A stretch of 60,864 bases of DNA, the filler included, from Deltaproteobacteria bacterium (GTDB lineage: Bacteria > CG2-30-53-67): the NCBI GenBank assembly GCA_013151235.1. It is 5 parts of 5 records of this genome, joined end to end, with 100 filler letters (N's around TTAATTAATTAA, not from the genome) between each part and the next. Parts side by side here need not be neighbours in the genome. Positions count along the whole stretch, not along the records: positions 37,882 to 42,136 come from JAADIO010000022.1; positions 42,237 to 54,838 come from JAADIO010000073.1; 3 more parts are not named here. One strand, 5' to 3'. Both the position numbers and the translations under genes were made by a program. The notes under the pieces were generated by a model. It ran no database searches and was not told the origin of the DNA. It saw nothing but the letters and a program-made list of their open reading frames with translations. Below are positions 39,613 through 49,081 of this stretch, piece after piece; position 1 is the first letter of the stretch; each line of letters opens with the position of its first letter.

Positions 39613-41067
39613 TTACCGTTCCCACTCCCAGTCCGTTGTCCCGTCGGGCCGATCCTTCAGCCGAACCCCCCGGGCCGCCAACTCATCCCGAATCCGGTCC
39701 GCAGCCGCCCAGTCCCTGTTCTTCCGGGCCGCAAGACGCTCTTCGATCATCGTCTCGATCCGGTGGGAGGATTCGTCGGCGTTCCCTTTCAGAACGGATT
39801 CGGGCGCCTCCCGGAAGAGGCCGAGTACCGCGCCGATCTTTTCCATGTTTTCCCGGAAGTTGCGGAGCAAAGGCATCAGGGCCGTACCCTGTAAAGAAGT
39901 GAGGTCCTGCACGGCCCCGTTCAGCACCCGGACCACTTCGAAGAGATTTCCCAGGGCTTTGGCCGTATTAAAATCGTCGTCCATGGCCTCCTCGAACCGG
40001 GGGAACATCGCCTCCACCTCCCGGCGCACCTCGGCTGTACCGTCGTCCCTTTCTGCCGTGCATTCCTTCCCCCCATCGGCCAGAAGGCGATCCACGGTCT
40101 GAAGCAAATTATAGATCCGGCGGCGGGCCCGATCGGCATCCTGGAGGTTCCGGTCGGAAAAATCGATCGGGCTCCGGTAGTGGGTGGTCAGCAGGAAGAG
40201 GCGGACCGCCTCGGGATTGAACTTCTCCAGAACCTCCTTGATCGTGAAGAAGTTCCCTAACGATTTCGACATCTTCTCCTGGTCGATATTGACAAAACCG
40301 TTATGGAGCCAGTAGCGGACAAAGGGTTTCCCCGTGGCCGCCTCGCTTTGGGCGATTTCGTTCTCGTGGTGGGGAAAAATCAGGTCCTTGCCGCCGCCGT
40401 GAATGTCGATCGACTCCCCGAGGTGGGCCTGGCTCATGGCCGAACATTCGATATGCCAACCGGGGCGGCCCGGCCCCCAGGGACTCTCCCAGGCGGGCTC
40501 CCCCTCCTTCGAGGCCTTCCAGAGGACAAAATCGAGGGGACTTCTCTTTTTCTCGTCCACCTCGACACGGGCACCGGCCTGGAGTTCGTCGAGTTTCCGC
40601 TTCGAAAGTTTCCCGTAGGCAGGAAGGGTTGCAACCTCGAAGAGGACATCGCCCCCGGCCTCGTAAGCATGTCCCTTCTCCACCAGCTTCTTCACCAGAT
40701 CAATGATCTCCTTGATATGCTCCGTTGCCTTCGGCTCGATGTCGGCCCGTTCCACTCCCAGGGCCGCCATATCCTTCCGGTACTCTTCAATATACCGCTC
40801 GGCGATCTCTCCGGCGGCAACCCCTTCCTCGTTGGATCGTTTAATGATCTTATCGTCCACGTCGGTAAAGTTGCGGACATAGGTCACGGAAAACCCACGG
40901 TAGGCCAGATAACGGCGGATCATGTCGAAGACCACCGCCCCCCGGGCATGGCCGATATGGCTGTGATCGTAGACCGTAACACCACAGGCGTACATCTTCA
41001 CTTCCCCGGGATGGATCGGCCGGAACTCCTCCTTGCCGTCGGTCAGGGTATTATAGACGCGGAGCAT
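39613..41067 (-). CDS. cysS: Cysteine-tRNA ligase
   Basis: CGVTVYD..HIGH, PGWHIECSAM, FPHHENE, KMSKS. Confidence 0.97.
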   Translation of the reverse strand: MLRVYNTLTDGKEEFRPIHPGEVKMYACGVTVYDHSHIGHARGAVVFDMIRRYLAYRGFSVTYVRNFTDVDDKIIKRSNEEGVAAGEIAERYIEEYRKDMAALGVERADIEPKATEHIKEIIDLVKKLVEKGHAYEAGGDVLFEVATLPAYGKLSKRKLDELQAGARVEVDEKKRSPLDFVLWKASKEGEPAWESPWGPGRPGWHIECSAMSQAHLGESIDIHGGGKDLIFPHHENEIAQSEAATGKPFVRYWLHNGFVNIDQEKMSKSLGNFFTIKEVLEKFNPEAVRLFLLTTHYRSPIDFSDRNLQDADRARRRIYNLLQTVDRLLADGGKECTAERDDGTAEVRREVEAMFPRFEEAMDDDFNTAKALGNLFEVVRVLNGAVQDLTSLQGTALMPLLRNFRENMEKIGAVLGLFREAPESVLKGNADESSHRIETMIEERLAARKNRDWAAADRIRDELAARGVRLKDRPDGTTDWEWER

Positions 41068-41242
41068 CTTTTTCTTCCTCCGTTACGATGATCGCCCCCA
41101 CGGCGCAGACACCAAGACAGGCGCCACATTCGATGCAGGCATCAAGGACCCGGAAGACCTCCCCCTCCTCGATGGCATCAACGGGACAGGTGGCCTGACA
41201 GGCACCGCAACCGACGCATTCCGTGGTGATGATAAAAGACAT
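41051..41242 (-). CDS. 2[4Fe-4S] ferredoxin
   Basis: CVGCGACQATCP and CIECGACLGVCA. Confidence 0.85.
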   Translation of the reverse strand: MSFIITTECVGCGACQATCPVDAIEEGEVFRVLDACIECGACLGVCAVGAIIVTEEEKDAPRL

Positions 41243-41479
41243 AACAAGTTTACGGCTTCACAAAAAATCCATCCACTGCGTTGATCAGGTTTTGAGTTCG
41301 CTACGGCACACAAGCCAGAACGCCTCTCTCGTCGTCAAAACCTTCGCGCCTTGTATCCGGATACTGTTTACTTCGCCGTTCATGAGATCCGCAAAATTTA
41401 CTTTCAAAAAATTCCAACATATGATAATGATTGAAAAAATAATATAACATCCTGAAAATCCGGAAGGCAAGGATTAAAA

Positions 41480-41863
41480 ATGCAACTGTTCCTGAACACC
41501 TTATTCGTCGGTTTCGGCGGCTTTTTCGGTGCCATCCTCCGCTATCTCGCGAGCGCCTGGATCGGTCAGCGCTGGGGCAGAGCCTTCCCCCTCGGAACCT
41601 TCTTCGTTAATGTGGCCGGCTGCTTCCTCATCGGCCTGCTCATGACCCTGTTCGCGGAGAGGGTCATGGCCAGTCCGCAACTCCGGTTCTTCCTGACCGT
41701 CGGATTCTTAGGCGCTTTTACGACCTTCTCTACATTCGAATACGAAACGGGGGCGCTTCTCTTCGACGGAGAGTTTATACTGGCCTCGCTGAATGTCTTC
41801 CTGAGCCTGATCATCGGCTTCGGCGCCCTCAAGTTAGGCGAATCACTGGCACGGAAACTTTAA
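41480..41863 (+). CDS. crcB: Fluoride efflux channel CrcB/Fluc
   Basis: GGFFGAILRY, FPLGTF.VN..GCF, GFLGAFTTFSTF. Confidence 0.95.
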   Translation: MQLFLNTLFVGFGGFFGAILRYLASAWIGQRWGRAFPLGTFFVNVAGCFLIGLLMTLFAERVMASPQLRFFLTVGFLGAFTTFSTFEYETGALLFDGEFILASLNVFLSLIIGFGALKLGESLARKL

Positions 41864-41876
41864 GCATGGAGAAATT

Positions 41877-42136
41877 ATGGTTAAAAAAGGTCCGGCAAAG
41901 AAACTGACCATCTACGTGGATGAATCGGACAGTCATGGCAACAAACCGGTCCACGAAGCGGTGGTCGACATTCTTCACCGAAAGAAGGTAGCCGGCGTGA
42001 GCGTCTTCCGTGGATCGGCAGGCTTCGGAAGCAAGGGGGTCTATCATTCGTCCAAGATGCTCACCCTTTCCGGGGATATGCCGGTCAAGATCGAGGTCGT
42101 CGATTCGGAGGAGATGATCAACCGGGTTCTCCCGGA
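41877..42136 (+). CDS. DUF190 (PII-like) protein, 3' truncated
   Basis: LTIYVDESD...AGVSVFRG..GFG....H....L.LS.D.PV.IEVVD; usual crcB partner. Confidence 0.85.
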
Positions 42137-42236
42137 NNNNNNNNNNNNNNNNNNNNNNNNNNNNNNNNNNNNNNNNNNNNTTAATTAATTAANNNNNNNN
42201 NNNNNNNNNNNNNNNNNNNNNNNNNNNNNNNNNNNN
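42137..42236. other. Artificial contig linker
   Basis: N run + TTAATTAATTAA + N run. Confidence 0.97.
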
Positions 42237-42463
42237 GCAAAGGGCGTCCTCCCCGCCGGAAGGGGATTCTTGAAGATCAGAGCGTAGGGACAGCGCACCG
42301 AAACGAGGCATTCTTCACAGGACTGTCCCCTCCGCCGACAGACCATCCGCTGAAGCATCTGTCCCATCCCCCCCCGGAGAGTGGACCCCTTGTAGGGAGG
42401 AAGGTTCAATCGTTCCCGGGCACGGATCTGAAATGAATATGCGGAAAAAAAGAACGAATCCAT
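42237..42463 (-). CDS. cas6: CRISPR pre-crRNA processing RAMP endoribonuclease Cas6 (3' truncated)
   Basis: LPPYKGSTLRGG.G..L...VC......C..C.....CPY..IF N-terminal motif; position at the end of a RAMP operon. Confidence 0.8.
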
Positions 42464-42471
42464 TCGGTCTC

Positions 42472-43269
42472 CTATAAAGCTTCAAGCCTCCCGGCAAGGA
42501 AACGGAGGATCTCCTCCCCTTCCCGGGAATGGCATTCCTTGAACCAGTATCCCCGCTGTGGAAGGGCACCGCCGTACACTCCGCCGGGGAAACGCCTGTC
42601 CAGAAGATGGATCCACTCCCCTTCCCCATAAAAGTCCACCTCCGAAGGACAAAGGATGAGAAGGTTCTGGACTCCAGGGCCACCGAGGACGGACTCCATT
42701 CGGTCCGTCACCACGGCCGTCTTCGTGTGCGGAAGCCTGGCCAAGGTCAGCGCCCCGCCGGCAAGGGTCGAGGCCTCGGAGACGGCACGTTCCCCAGCCT
42801 GTTCCTCTTCCTCCGTGATCCCCTGAGCCTTCCGGTCGGCGGCGCGAACCTGTATGATCTCTTCCTTCGTGGCCCCGATTTCGATCATGGCAGGGATATA
42901 TCCCCGGTCGTTTTCGGCAACAAGATCGAATTCTCTCGTCCACCGTTCCGGGGGAAGACCGAGTAGGGAGAAAACCTGATGGAGCGACGTCGGACGGTCG
43001 GCCCCGGCCTTCTTCCCATGGTGGTCGATCTCAACGATTTGATCCGGGTCGAGACCGAGATCATTCGGAAGCTCCACCAGCACGGGGGTCCTCCCCTTCT
43101 GCAGGGTGCCGGTGATTTCCTCCCTGTAGGCGGAAGCGGAGACCTCCGCTCCCCAGGCAAGCCCCTTGTCAAAGAAAGGGACCCCCTCCCGGCAGAGCAG
43201 TTCCGCTATCATCTCCATCTCGAGGTCATGTCCACCGAGAAAAAAAGTATAAGAAGATTCAACCATCAT
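42472..43269 (-). CDS. NrN-like DHH-family phosphodiesterase (candidate SAM-AMP degrading enzyme)
   Basis: FFLGGHDLEM, IDHH, TSL.QV, ANDRGYIPAM-like, IRxxDRxAQG-like motifs; located inside a CorA-containing type III operon. Confidence 0.75.
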   Translation of the reverse strand: MMVESSYTFFLGGHDLEMEMIAELLCREGVPFFDKGLAWGAEVSASAYREEITGTLQKGRTPVLVELPNDLGLDPDQIVEIDHHGKKAGADRPTSLHQVFSLLGLPPERWTREFDLVAENDRGYIPAMIEIGATKEEIIQVRAADRKAQGITEEEEQAGERAVSEASTLAGGALTLARLPHTKTAVVTDRMESVLGGPGVQNLLILCPSEVDFYGEGEWIHLLDRRFPGGVYGGALPQRGYWFKECHSREGEEILRFLAGRLEAL

Positions 43270-43280
43270 CCATCCTTATT

Positions 43281-45758
43281 TCAATACTTTTTCAAAGTTG
43301 GAAGATTCGTGCTTGCCCTATTTAATGGCCTGAGAAAATCATGTCTCCTCTTGTCGTTTTCCACAAACCACTTGAAGGTCTCATCCTCCGGACCCTGCCC
43401 CTGGACGAGGGGGGTATGGACAGGCTCGGTTACCTTTGCAGGATCGCCCAGGAGTTCCAGGGCGGGTCGGATGTCTTCATTCATCTTATCCCGGAATCCC
43501 TTGCGGAAAGCATCATAGGTAATGGCACCTGCAACTTCCGCCTCTGCAACTTCTGCCTCTGCCTCTCTGCCATATCGCCCCGGCCAGTCTTCCGGAGCAT
43601 CCTCCTTCCGCCAGACCTTTGCATAACGTGGCGAGGAGAAGATCTCATCCGTCGTATACCGATCTTCACGGTTTACCAGAAAGAGTCCTATCGGATCGAT
43701 CCGGACCTTCCCGAGGCCGATCGGTTTCCCCGTTCCGATCTTGTGGCGGAATGCCTCCGTCGGCCGGAGTGCGTAGCAGAGAAGGCCCAGTTCCCTTTTG
43801 CTCAGGTTGTCGAAATCGACATGAAAGTAAAAGACCGCTCCAGCACGGACGGGAGTGACACTTACTTTCTGCTTGCAACGGTCTTTCTCCTCGCAGGGGG
43901 TCGGTGGCTGTGGATCCGTCTTCCAGCACTCCTTCTCTAACTGGTCTGAGCTGTGATGGAGATAGAACTTCCTTCCCTGGGGATGATGACTCCCCGGTTG
44001 CAGATCCTTCTTGGCGATGTAGGCCCCCTGCCCGTCGGACTTCTTGAAGTAGAGGGCCGGGGAGGGGGGCTTGGGGGAGTCGAGGATCTTCAGGACCACG
44101 GGATCGAGATAGGGGCTGGCCTCACGACCGATGGGGGTCTGTCCGTCCTGATCGGTTATTCCCTCGAAGAGGGCGTCGGCAAAGCGAACCCGCCCCGCAA
44201 GGGCGCGTGCGGTATCCCGCTCTTTCTCCTTCCCCTCCTCAACAAAACCGAAGAGCTGTTCGGCGAGGGTGATCTGCTTCCTTTCTCCATTGAAGGGAAG
44301 AAGTTCTTTATCGACGGCCCGAAAGAAATCCCGGCCTCGTGCGCCTTCCATCCTGTTATTTACGATCCATTCGACCCGCCCCCGCCAGATGGAAGAAAGG
44401 GAGATCTCTTCAATGGTATTCCAGCGGGGATGCGGCTTGAAGAAAACGAGGTCTCCCTCCTTGAGACGGAACTTCTTCCCGTCATTGGCTGGATCCATAT
44501 TCCGTTTAGTATCCTTCGGCTCATAGGGGAGCTTCCCGTTCTCATCGGCGTCGGTCCTTGCGTCGGCCAGTTCATGGAAGCGATTCACGACATCATCGGG
44601 AATCAAGAAGGCCTCCCAAGCTTCCGGTTTCTCCGGACAAGGGATAAAGATTTCGTGTTTCTTTGTATTCGGGATGGCCCGGTCGCCCCAGCAGCCGAGG
44701 ACGCGGATGATCCCGCGGGTGTAGACGCTCCGTTCGTGATCCGGAATCTCGTCCCAGGGACGGGGAACTGCATCTTCACGCGCCTTCTGTGAAACAAGAA
44801 ACGAGTTTCTTGTTACATGCAACTGTGCATCGCCACACAATTCATGACTCCCGGTCCAGCTCCGCCTCTGAAGCTTCATTCCGTAATACTTCGGACTATC
44901 GGCACGGAAGGTCCGAAAAGTGAAACGTCCCGAATTTCGAATACTCAATCTATCTCCGATATAGACCTTGAGGTTCGGTTCGGGGAACATATTCTGATAT
45001 TCTGCGGGAAGGGGGAACCTATCGTTATTATTCTTTTGCAAGGTAGGAAGGGTAAGAGGAACAAGAAAATATTTATCCTGACCACCTTTTTCTTTCTCAA
45101 CATGGATCATCCCGATGGCGGAGAGGCTCTTTGTCATTTCCTTTCGGTAAGAATAAGGATATTCGGATCTTTCCAACACCCGCAGTGCCGAATTGCTCGC
45201 CGCCTCGGCGATACTTGAAATCAACCCTTTAAGGGTCGTGGCCGGGACGGCGGGCTTCCCTCCTCTTTCGTAGGGGGCGACGCAGGCGGGGCATTCTTGC
45301 TTACCCTTCCTCACGCGCTTTGCCCCGACAAAGATCGGGCTCTCAGACTTTAACCGGCAGACGATCCGGCCGGAATAGCTACCTTCCACATATCGGTCGT
45401 GCCTCACATGTCCGTTTTCCTGACTATCGAACTTCTCAACGCTCAGATCGGCCGGCCTGTTGTCTTTCAGGACCGGAACGAAATGGTAGGGATTATGAAA
45501 CTGCGGGGCATCGTCCATCCGCCCCCGGCCTTCTCCCCGCCCCTGGGGGTGCGCCCTCTGACGTAACGGACCCGGCCCGGCTCCATAGTGTCTCGTCTGG
45601 AGACCTTGCTTCCTTTTTTTCTTTTTTTTCTTTTGCTTACCCGGTGACGATCCGCTATCTTTTTTCGACCCTCCCTGGGCCTGTACCGATTTTTCTTCCC
45701 TGGGTGCAAGGCCCCGTTTCCTGCGCATCTCTTCCTGCCATTCCCTCATATCAACCAT
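43281..45758 (-). CDS. Large insertion-containing Cas7/RAMP (TIGR03986-like, type III-D)
   Basis: FHNPYHFVP, SG.I.C.L....PIFVG, PATTLKGLISS..EA, LFG.V, GRKFY.H, G-rich loop GTGKPIGLG. Confidence 0.85.
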   Translation of the reverse strand: MVDMREWQEEMRRKRGLAPREEKSVQAQGGSKKDSGSSPGKQKKKKKKRKQGLQTRHYGAGPGPLRQRAHPQGRGEGRGRMDDAPQFHNPYHFVPVLKDNRPADLSVEKFDSQENGHVRHDRYVEGSYSGRIVCRLKSESPIFVGAKRVRKGKQECPACVAPYERGGKPAVPATTLKGLISSIAEAASNSALRVLERSEYPYSYRKEMTKSLSAIGMIHVEKEKGGQDKYFLVPLTLPTLQKNNNDRFPLPAEYQNMFPEPNLKVYIGDRLSIRNSGRFTFRTFRADSPKYYGMKLQRRSWTGSHELCGDAQLHVTRNSFLVSQKAREDAVPRPWDEIPDHERSVYTRGIIRVLGCWGDRAIPNTKKHEIFIPCPEKPEAWEAFLIPDDVVNRFHELADARTDADENGKLPYEPKDTKRNMDPANDGKKFRLKEGDLVFFKPHPRWNTIEEISLSSIWRGRVEWIVNNRMEGARGRDFFRAVDKELLPFNGERKQITLAEQLFGFVEEGKEKERDTARALAGRVRFADALFEGITDQDGQTPIGREASPYLDPVVLKILDSPKPPSPALYFKKSDGQGAYIAKKDLQPGSHHPQGRKFYLHHSSDQLEKECWKTDPQPPTPCEEKDRCKQKVSVTPVRAGAVFYFHVDFDNLSKRELGLLCYALRPTEAFRHKIGTGKPIGLGKVRIDPIGLFLVNREDRYTTDEIFSSPRYAKVWRKEDAPEDWPGRYGREAEAEVAEAEVAGAITYDAFRKGFRDKMNEDIRPALELLGDPAKVTEPVHTPLVQGQGPEDETFKWFVENDKRRHDFLRPLNRASTNLPTLKKY

Positions 45759-47235
45759 GGACCGCCTCCTTTTGCAACTCCGCAATCTTTTGCCGGAATT
45801 GTTCTACAACCTCACTAACCTGAGGATTCTCCGCTTTCCACCAGTCCCCTGTTATCTCCGCCCGGCTGGCCCCGTACCCCTTGGTCGCGCCGAAACCGAA
45901 GGTGATGTCTCCCTCAATGAGGTCCCGGAGTGTCAGGGCAAGGAGGCCCCGCATCCAGGGCTCGGTCCGGGAACAATCGACTGTGATTTTCCCGGTCAGG
46001 CGCGGTTCCAGGACCGACAGGGCGTTGAACTTGGCGCCGTGGGCTCCGCCGCCGGTAAATCGGTCGATGGCAAGGAAATCCTGGAAGAAGCCGCTCGCTT
46101 CCTCTTCTGCCTGGACGAAATCGGTCACCTCCAGCGGAGAGCGCCAGCCGGCGGCTCCGAACAACCTGCAGGCGGGACAAAGCCGGTCCACTTCCTCGGG
46201 ATAATTGAGCGACCGGCAGCAGGGATCGCTGTCGGAATGACAGGCGGCCTTATCCCCTCCGAGGGTCCGGAGGATCCGCTCGGCCTGGCTCCGGAAGGCC
46301 CCGCGGAATGAGCGTGAGGGGAGATAGGCCCGGCTGTTCCGGTCGAGGATCGGCGCGTGATCGGGATGTGTTTCATCGCTTTCCTGCTCCTTGTCCTTCT
46401 TTTCCGGGCATCTGCTCGGGTCATTCACCAGGAAGGGGGAATCGAATGTGAGTGTTACATCAAGGACGATCTTTTCGATCGAAGGCTTGGCCGGAGAGCC
46501 GGCCTTTGGCTTCAATTCGTCGATCTCATCTTCCCCAAGTTCGGCGAAGGGAAAATCTGCCTGATTCTCTTTCTTGATCCATTCCCGGACGGCCTCGCCG
46601 GTCGCACGACGGACCTTGCCCAACTTCCATGAGAGCCTCCCCCACCCGTCTCCCGTGGAGGCGCCGAGGGTGACGGGGTCGTCCGGATCGTTGAATCCCT
46701 CCAGGGCATGGAGCAGGATCCCCACCTCCTCCTCGTCAAGGCCGCTGCCGGTGATCGTAACGGTAAAGGGGACGCCGGGGGGGACAAACTCATAATGTCT
46801 CAGCTTCTTCGCGCTCGCCGTCCGGGTCACCCGGTCGATGGCGACGGAGGCGGCCGCACCGGTATGCCGCACCGCATCCCAGTAGGGAGGTGGATTCGTC
46901 AGCTTGACATCCTTGATATAGGCATAATGGAATTCGGCCTTTCCCCCTACGGCATCTTTCTTCTTCGTGTCTTCGCTTCCAAGGAGTTCATCAAGCTTAC
47001 CGTTCGCCCAACGCCGCTTCAACCAGGCCCGGAGGTCTCCCTTGAGGGTCGAGCCCGGGATACAGGCACGATCCTCGTAGTCGGTAATCACCGACGAGAT
47101 GTCGATTTTCTCCTTTTTGCCGTTTTCGTTCTCTTTCGTCAGTGCATCCCGTTCCGTGGTGTCGCCGTCCCCGATATGGAGGGGAGAGTCCGTCGTCAGT
47201 GTTCCCGTGATCTTCCATCGTACCGGAAAGCTCAT
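45751..47235 (-). CDS. Cas7-Cas7 tandem RAMP fusion (Csm3-like x2)
   Basis: Two RAMP units: SPLHIGDG/IPGSTLKG/AIDR.T/LGA..G.GWG and SPFLV/LP..SFRGAFR/CPACRLFG/AIDRFTGG/FG.TKGYG. Confidence 0.87.
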   Translation of the reverse strand: MSFPVRWKITGTLTTDSPLHIGDGDTTERDALTKENENGKKEKIDISSVITDYEDRACIPGSTLKGDLRAWLKRRWANGKLDELLGSEDTKKKDAVGGKAEFHYAYIKDVKLTNPPPYWDAVRHTGAAASVAIDRVTRTASAKKLRHYEFVPPGVPFTVTITGSGLDEEEVGILLHALEGFNDPDDPVTLGASTGDGWGRLSWKLGKVRRATGEAVREWIKKENQADFPFAELGEDEIDELKPKAGSPAKPSIEKIVLDVTLTFDSPFLVNDPSRCPEKKDKEQESDETHPDHAPILDRNSRAYLPSRSFRGAFRSQAERILRTLGGDKAACHSDSDPCCRSLNYPEEVDRLCPACRLFGAAGWRSPLEVTDFVQAEEEASGFFQDFLAIDRFTGGGAHGAKFNALSVLEPRLTGKITVDCSRTEPWMRGLLALTLRDLIEGDITFGFGATKGYGASRAEITGDWWKAENPQVSEVVEQFRQKIAELQKEAVHG

Positions 47236-49075
47236 GATGCCCCTCCTTTCTTCGCAAGGTCGATCAGTTTCCCGTCATGGACCGGCAGGTTGACGGCGAT
47301 CTCGCCGTATCCGTTCTCCGGTATGTAGGGGCAGTTCGTCCAGTGGTCCCCTTTTTGGCCGTTCCGGGCGTACTTTTTTATCGCCCACGCCGGGAGGGGA
47401 AGCCCCTCTTTGAGCCATTTCTCGATCATCCGCTTCCCGTCCGCTTCCTTGCCGGTCTTCGCCTTGAGGACGAAGACGCTCCCCGCCTCGGTCAGGAGGT
47501 AGGGGTTGTAGGGTTTGCCGTCCTGAAAGCGTTTCCAGAGGTAGAATCCCCCGGCAAGGCTCTGGCGGGCATAGAAATGGGAGAGTTGCAGAGTCCTGTC
47601 GGAAAGCTCTTCCCAGATCTCTTCGTAGGCCTTCCTCAACTCGGCCTCGCCGCTTGTCTCGTCCAACTTCTCCGGATCGAAAAGAATCGCCGGTGTCTGG
47701 AGGGTGACGATCCAGAGTCCATTCTCGGCCTCGGCCTTCGAAGGGAAGTACGACGTGATCGACTCTTGCTTCTTCGGGACCTCCACATCAACGGCCACCT
47801 TGGTCTTCCCCATTCCCCGCAGACCGACGGCAAAGAGCCCGGCAAGCTGTTCGGCCACTTTGGATCGATCCGAATCACCGACCCGGGAGAGATCCACACC
47901 TCCGATCCAGCAGCAACCGTCGGGGCGAACCATCTCGTAGGCGAAGAGCTGTTCATCGGCCGCCTTGCGACGTTTTTTTTCGATGGCGGTCCGCACGCGT
48001 AATTCCGTACCAGGCGTCATCCATCCGAAATATTCATCCACATCCCCCCGCTCCTTCCAGTCCACATCAAATTTCGGGGCCACGGGAGGACCCTCGGGAC
48101 AGGCTGCCTCCTCCTTCCGGGCCATATCAGCTAAATGGATTTTCTCATTCTCTTTATACTTCACCAGCGAAAGGGGCGGACGGACGGGACGCTTTGCACT
48201 CCCCTCCGGGGCGGGAAAGGCGTGGAGAAAACGGATCTTCGTGAAATTCCTGCAAAGCTCCGGTCGTGTAGCGTCGAAATCGTTCGTGATGAAACAACTA
48301 TCCTTCCCCAGAAGATCCGCCCACGTCCGGGCCAGCGCCCCGGCAAGGGCCGCGCCGGGGATCTCGGTCTTCGATTCGAAGAGATTGTTCCCCACCTTAC
48401 GGTCGGCAAGACAGAACGGGGACTTGGGCCGGATTATAAGTGGGAAAGAGAAATCGGATGGTGGAGTGGTCTTTTGATCCTCGATCTTTCTTGTTGTGAG
48501 TTCTATTTTGACACCATCCAGTCTCCCGAAACCGACGGTCCGTTCCGCACCAAGGCTCGGGATCCAGCGCAGGCCGGTCTCGCACTGCCCCTTGACTTTT
48601 TCAGCATTTTCAGTCGAGGGCGCCATGAAACGGACCGTACCGGAAAAGGAAACCCTTTCGCCCGGTGCAAAGGGGGCTTCGACAACCTGGTAGGCCCCCT
48701 TGTCCACAGCGCCCCGGCATTCGTCGATCCGGATCCGGAAAGCGATTCCTTCCCTGTCCGCCCCATCGTGTACGAAGTCGTCGAAATGGAGTCGCCCCTG
48801 GACAGGCTCCACACCTCCCGGCCCGCTCCCGGATTTTTTTCCAAGGAGGCTTTTGATTACGGTGTCAGAGATGAAACCGGAATCGGCAAGACACAACTCG
48901 TCCCAGGCGCTTCCCGAAGACGCCCCTTCACGAGGGTGCCGGGCAGATAGTAACGGTCCTGCCGGTCCTTCGCCATGGGGGAATCGATACCGTACGGCCC
49001 TGCCGCCGTGGAATGGGTCAGCACCGGGCCTATCAGTTGCAGCGTGATCTTCATCTCAGCGTCATACATCCCCAT
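47232..49075 (-). CDS. Cas7-Cas5 fusion (Csx10-like RAMP), interrupted by a 2-bp frameshift at about 48907-48910
   Basis: LPGTLVKGRLREA in one frame continues as WDELC in another; later GAERTVGFG, IPGAALAGALA, RTAI, GMGKTK, TEAGSVF, NGYG motifs. Confidence 0.8.
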
Positions 49076-49081
49076 ATCCTC

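Noticed and set aside
41243-41479. Fluoride riboswitch upstream of crcB
   Set aside because: I could not find the conserved GGNGAUGG...CUGAUG pattern; the region is simply AT-rich. An Rfam scan would settle it.
41480-42463. Functional link between crcB/DUF190 and the CRISPR locus
   Set aside because: They are separated by an artificial contig linker.
43531-43560. 15-bp tandem duplication in the large cas7 (AEVAEAEVA)
   Set aside because: It is in frame and probably a neutral loop expansion.
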